The position numbers and the translations under genes are program-made. From Camelus ferus (lineage: Eukaryota), in assembly GCF_009834535.1 (NCBI RefSeq), contig NC_045696.1, forward strand, positions 65,660,001 through 65,724,000: a stretch of DNA of 64,000 nt, given 5' to 3'. The notes beneath the pieces are model-generated. The model was given only the letters and a program-made list of their open reading frames with translations. It made no database searches and had not been told where the DNA came from. Each line of letters begins with the position of its first letter. The stretch's first letter is position 1. Shown in pieces: positions 61,951 through 64,000 of the stretch.

Positions 61951-64000
61951 TATCACAGGCATTCAGAAATAAACCAGGAGCACTGGAATCAAATAATGAG
62001 ATTGAAAGGATTTACTGTAAAGTACCCAGGCATGCTTGATTTGGAAACTACTGCAGGGTTTTTGGATTAGGCAGAAAGGATTTTCATTTGCTTGGCTCAT
62101 GAACCTCTTTGAGAGTCTAATGACACTTGAAAGTTCTATCCAGCAAATGAATTTACACAAAAAATGTCTTCTAGAATTTTCTTTTTGGGGGAGTGTGTAA
62201 TGTACATTTCAAAGTCCATATAGAGAATCAAGTATTACCCCTTTTGGGAGAAAGTTTTAAACCTTCATATACGAGTTAGGGTAGAGGGGAAAAAGTAAAG
62301 CAACTGTGTCTTTCTGTGAAGTTGAGATGGGGTGGAAAGAGGCAAGCAGTAGAGAGTAGTTATTGGGAGAAATGGCCCGAGATCAATGCTCAAGGCATTT
62401 CCTAGAGCACAGCCAGGCTTTTCAAATATGAGGAAGAAAACATGGAAATAGGGCACCACACTCTGAATCCTTGTTCTGTGGTTTCCACTCTGAAATGAAA
62501 CCCATTTTTGAACTTCTTCCTTTGGGAGTTAACAATTAAGAACTGGAAAAGAAATAGCAATCGTGAGATACCTAGGATGGCCTTGGTCTGGGGCATGGCT
62601 TCCTGATGAATTAGAGAGGTGAAGTGCTAGGATTTTTAACCTTTAATCTTTGGCCCTGTCATCGAGAAGGGCAATTGTATCTGACAAATTAAAGCTGGAA
62701 TTGTTATTCTCAACTTTAGCCTGAACTTTTATGTCTGGCTTCGGATAGAAACACATATATCATTTGTATAGTTTTTCCAAAACGATTTCTTTAATGCATG
62801 CATTCTAAGATGAATCTCACTGTTACTGACCTTGGACAAGTGCCTTATTCACACATAACTTTAATTTCTTTACATAAGCAGCTTATTTAAGTGGACAGTC
62901 GTTGGTGTTCAAGCTAGGTTATCTCAGGGTTATTATTTTATATCTGTGAAAGTATACCGATAAAATGAGGATAATATTTTCTTAGGGCATTATAGGGATT
63001 AAAAAAATTGTACCAGAATGTTAAAATGGGGTTCTTTCTATCTCAGCTTTTGGCTGTGGCCCAGAAAAGCTGAGGGGCAAAAAGAAAAAAAAAAGAGAGA
63101 GAGTAGTCTTTCCTCTTGGATTCCAAAGTGAGGTGCTAGACTTCTGCAGTATTTGTAAAGGAGTTTGCTACAAATCGTTTTTCCCAACTTTAATCCACTA
63201 AAAAATGATATTGAATAGCTACAGAAGGAGGATTTCTCTGGAGCAAGTTATTGAAGAACAGTGACAGTTTCCCTCTTCTTTTGATAGAGAAAGAGTTTCA
63301 AGAAAAGCTTGACATATACCCACTGAAGCCGGGTAGACCCCATAGAACAGACTGTGAAATCTAAAGCACAGAGTGAGGAGATGGGTTTACACAAGAACAA
63401 CTTTCCTTTCAGTGACCAGAGTCAAGGATGTGGGTTTTCTGGGGAGCAGATAAAGAGCAAGCATGTGGGTAGAGCTGGTCTAGGTTAACCATAAAAGGCA
63501 GCTTCCCCGAAGGGCTGCCTGCCTGGGGTTATGGGTGAGGTGACCTCAGCAGGATGCTGGTGGTGGTGTCAGATGAAGAAGCTGAGAGGGTAGGGTGACA
63601 ATGAGGAGGAACACTGACCTGCACTGAAGAGAAGCATTGCTGGAGGCAAGGGTATTTATGTCAGTGTTCTCAGCGGGGGTTATACAATGACCCCACAAAA
63701 ACAGCCCATGGTAAGTTGTCAGCTTTGAGCATTTCCTGAGGCCAGAGAGCATACAAATCAGGTCACTGGTGGTATCAGTCATGCACGACTTTTCTTTACC
63801 TCTCTGCACCTCCATCCCCAGTGCCTGGGGAGACAGAAGGCAGCTTACTGCGGCTGGGAAGGGGTGAGGAGAACCTGACCGCAAACCGCTTTCCACTGCA
63901 GCTTTCCAGCTTGAAAAGGAGAAACTTTTATAATATTCAGAGTTTAGTCTAGGACTATGAATGGTTATTTTAATTACTTAAATATAGTTATTTTTCTAAT

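Noticed and set aside
56316..64000. Searched for the upstream OSTN exon (…KKKRSFSGFGSPLDRLS…)
   Set aside because: Not found; it presumably lies beyond the right edge of the window.

Overview
Mammalian genomic DNA, probably cetartiodactyl and most likely camelid (inferred from repeat content), covering the CCDC50-UTS2B-OSTN locus. The supplied ORF track identifies none of the three genes, because their exons are short. (1) CCDC50 first coding exon, minus strand, 7858-7810 (MAEVGIDQSKLPGVKE), inside a CpG island. (2) A complete five-exon UTS2B (urotensin-2B / URP precursor) CDS, plus strand, 36729-48849, 119 aa, ending ...HPNKR-ACFWKYCV. (3) The last coding exon (56315-56219) and terminal 3'UTR exon (52715 to about 50060) of OSTN (osteocrin/musclin), minus strand, convergent with UTS2B. 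The rest is mostly interspersed repeats: L1, L2, MIR, MaLR/ERVL/ERV1 LTRs and hAT DNA transposons. Repeat family names and human/mouse comparisons come from remembered sequences, not a database search. I cannot support a wholly new biological system here. The best unexplained or under-described signals are: a 240-bp self-inverted CATTTGGTCC array (24141-24380); a TSD-flanked antisense U2 snRNA 5' fragment beside UTS2B exon 2; two solo LTRs bracketing the first UTS2B coding exon; a possible UTS2B/OSTN 3'-end overlap; and a CpG-rich patch over the OSTN exon, which also carries an M-to-V change in its natriuretic-peptide-like motif.
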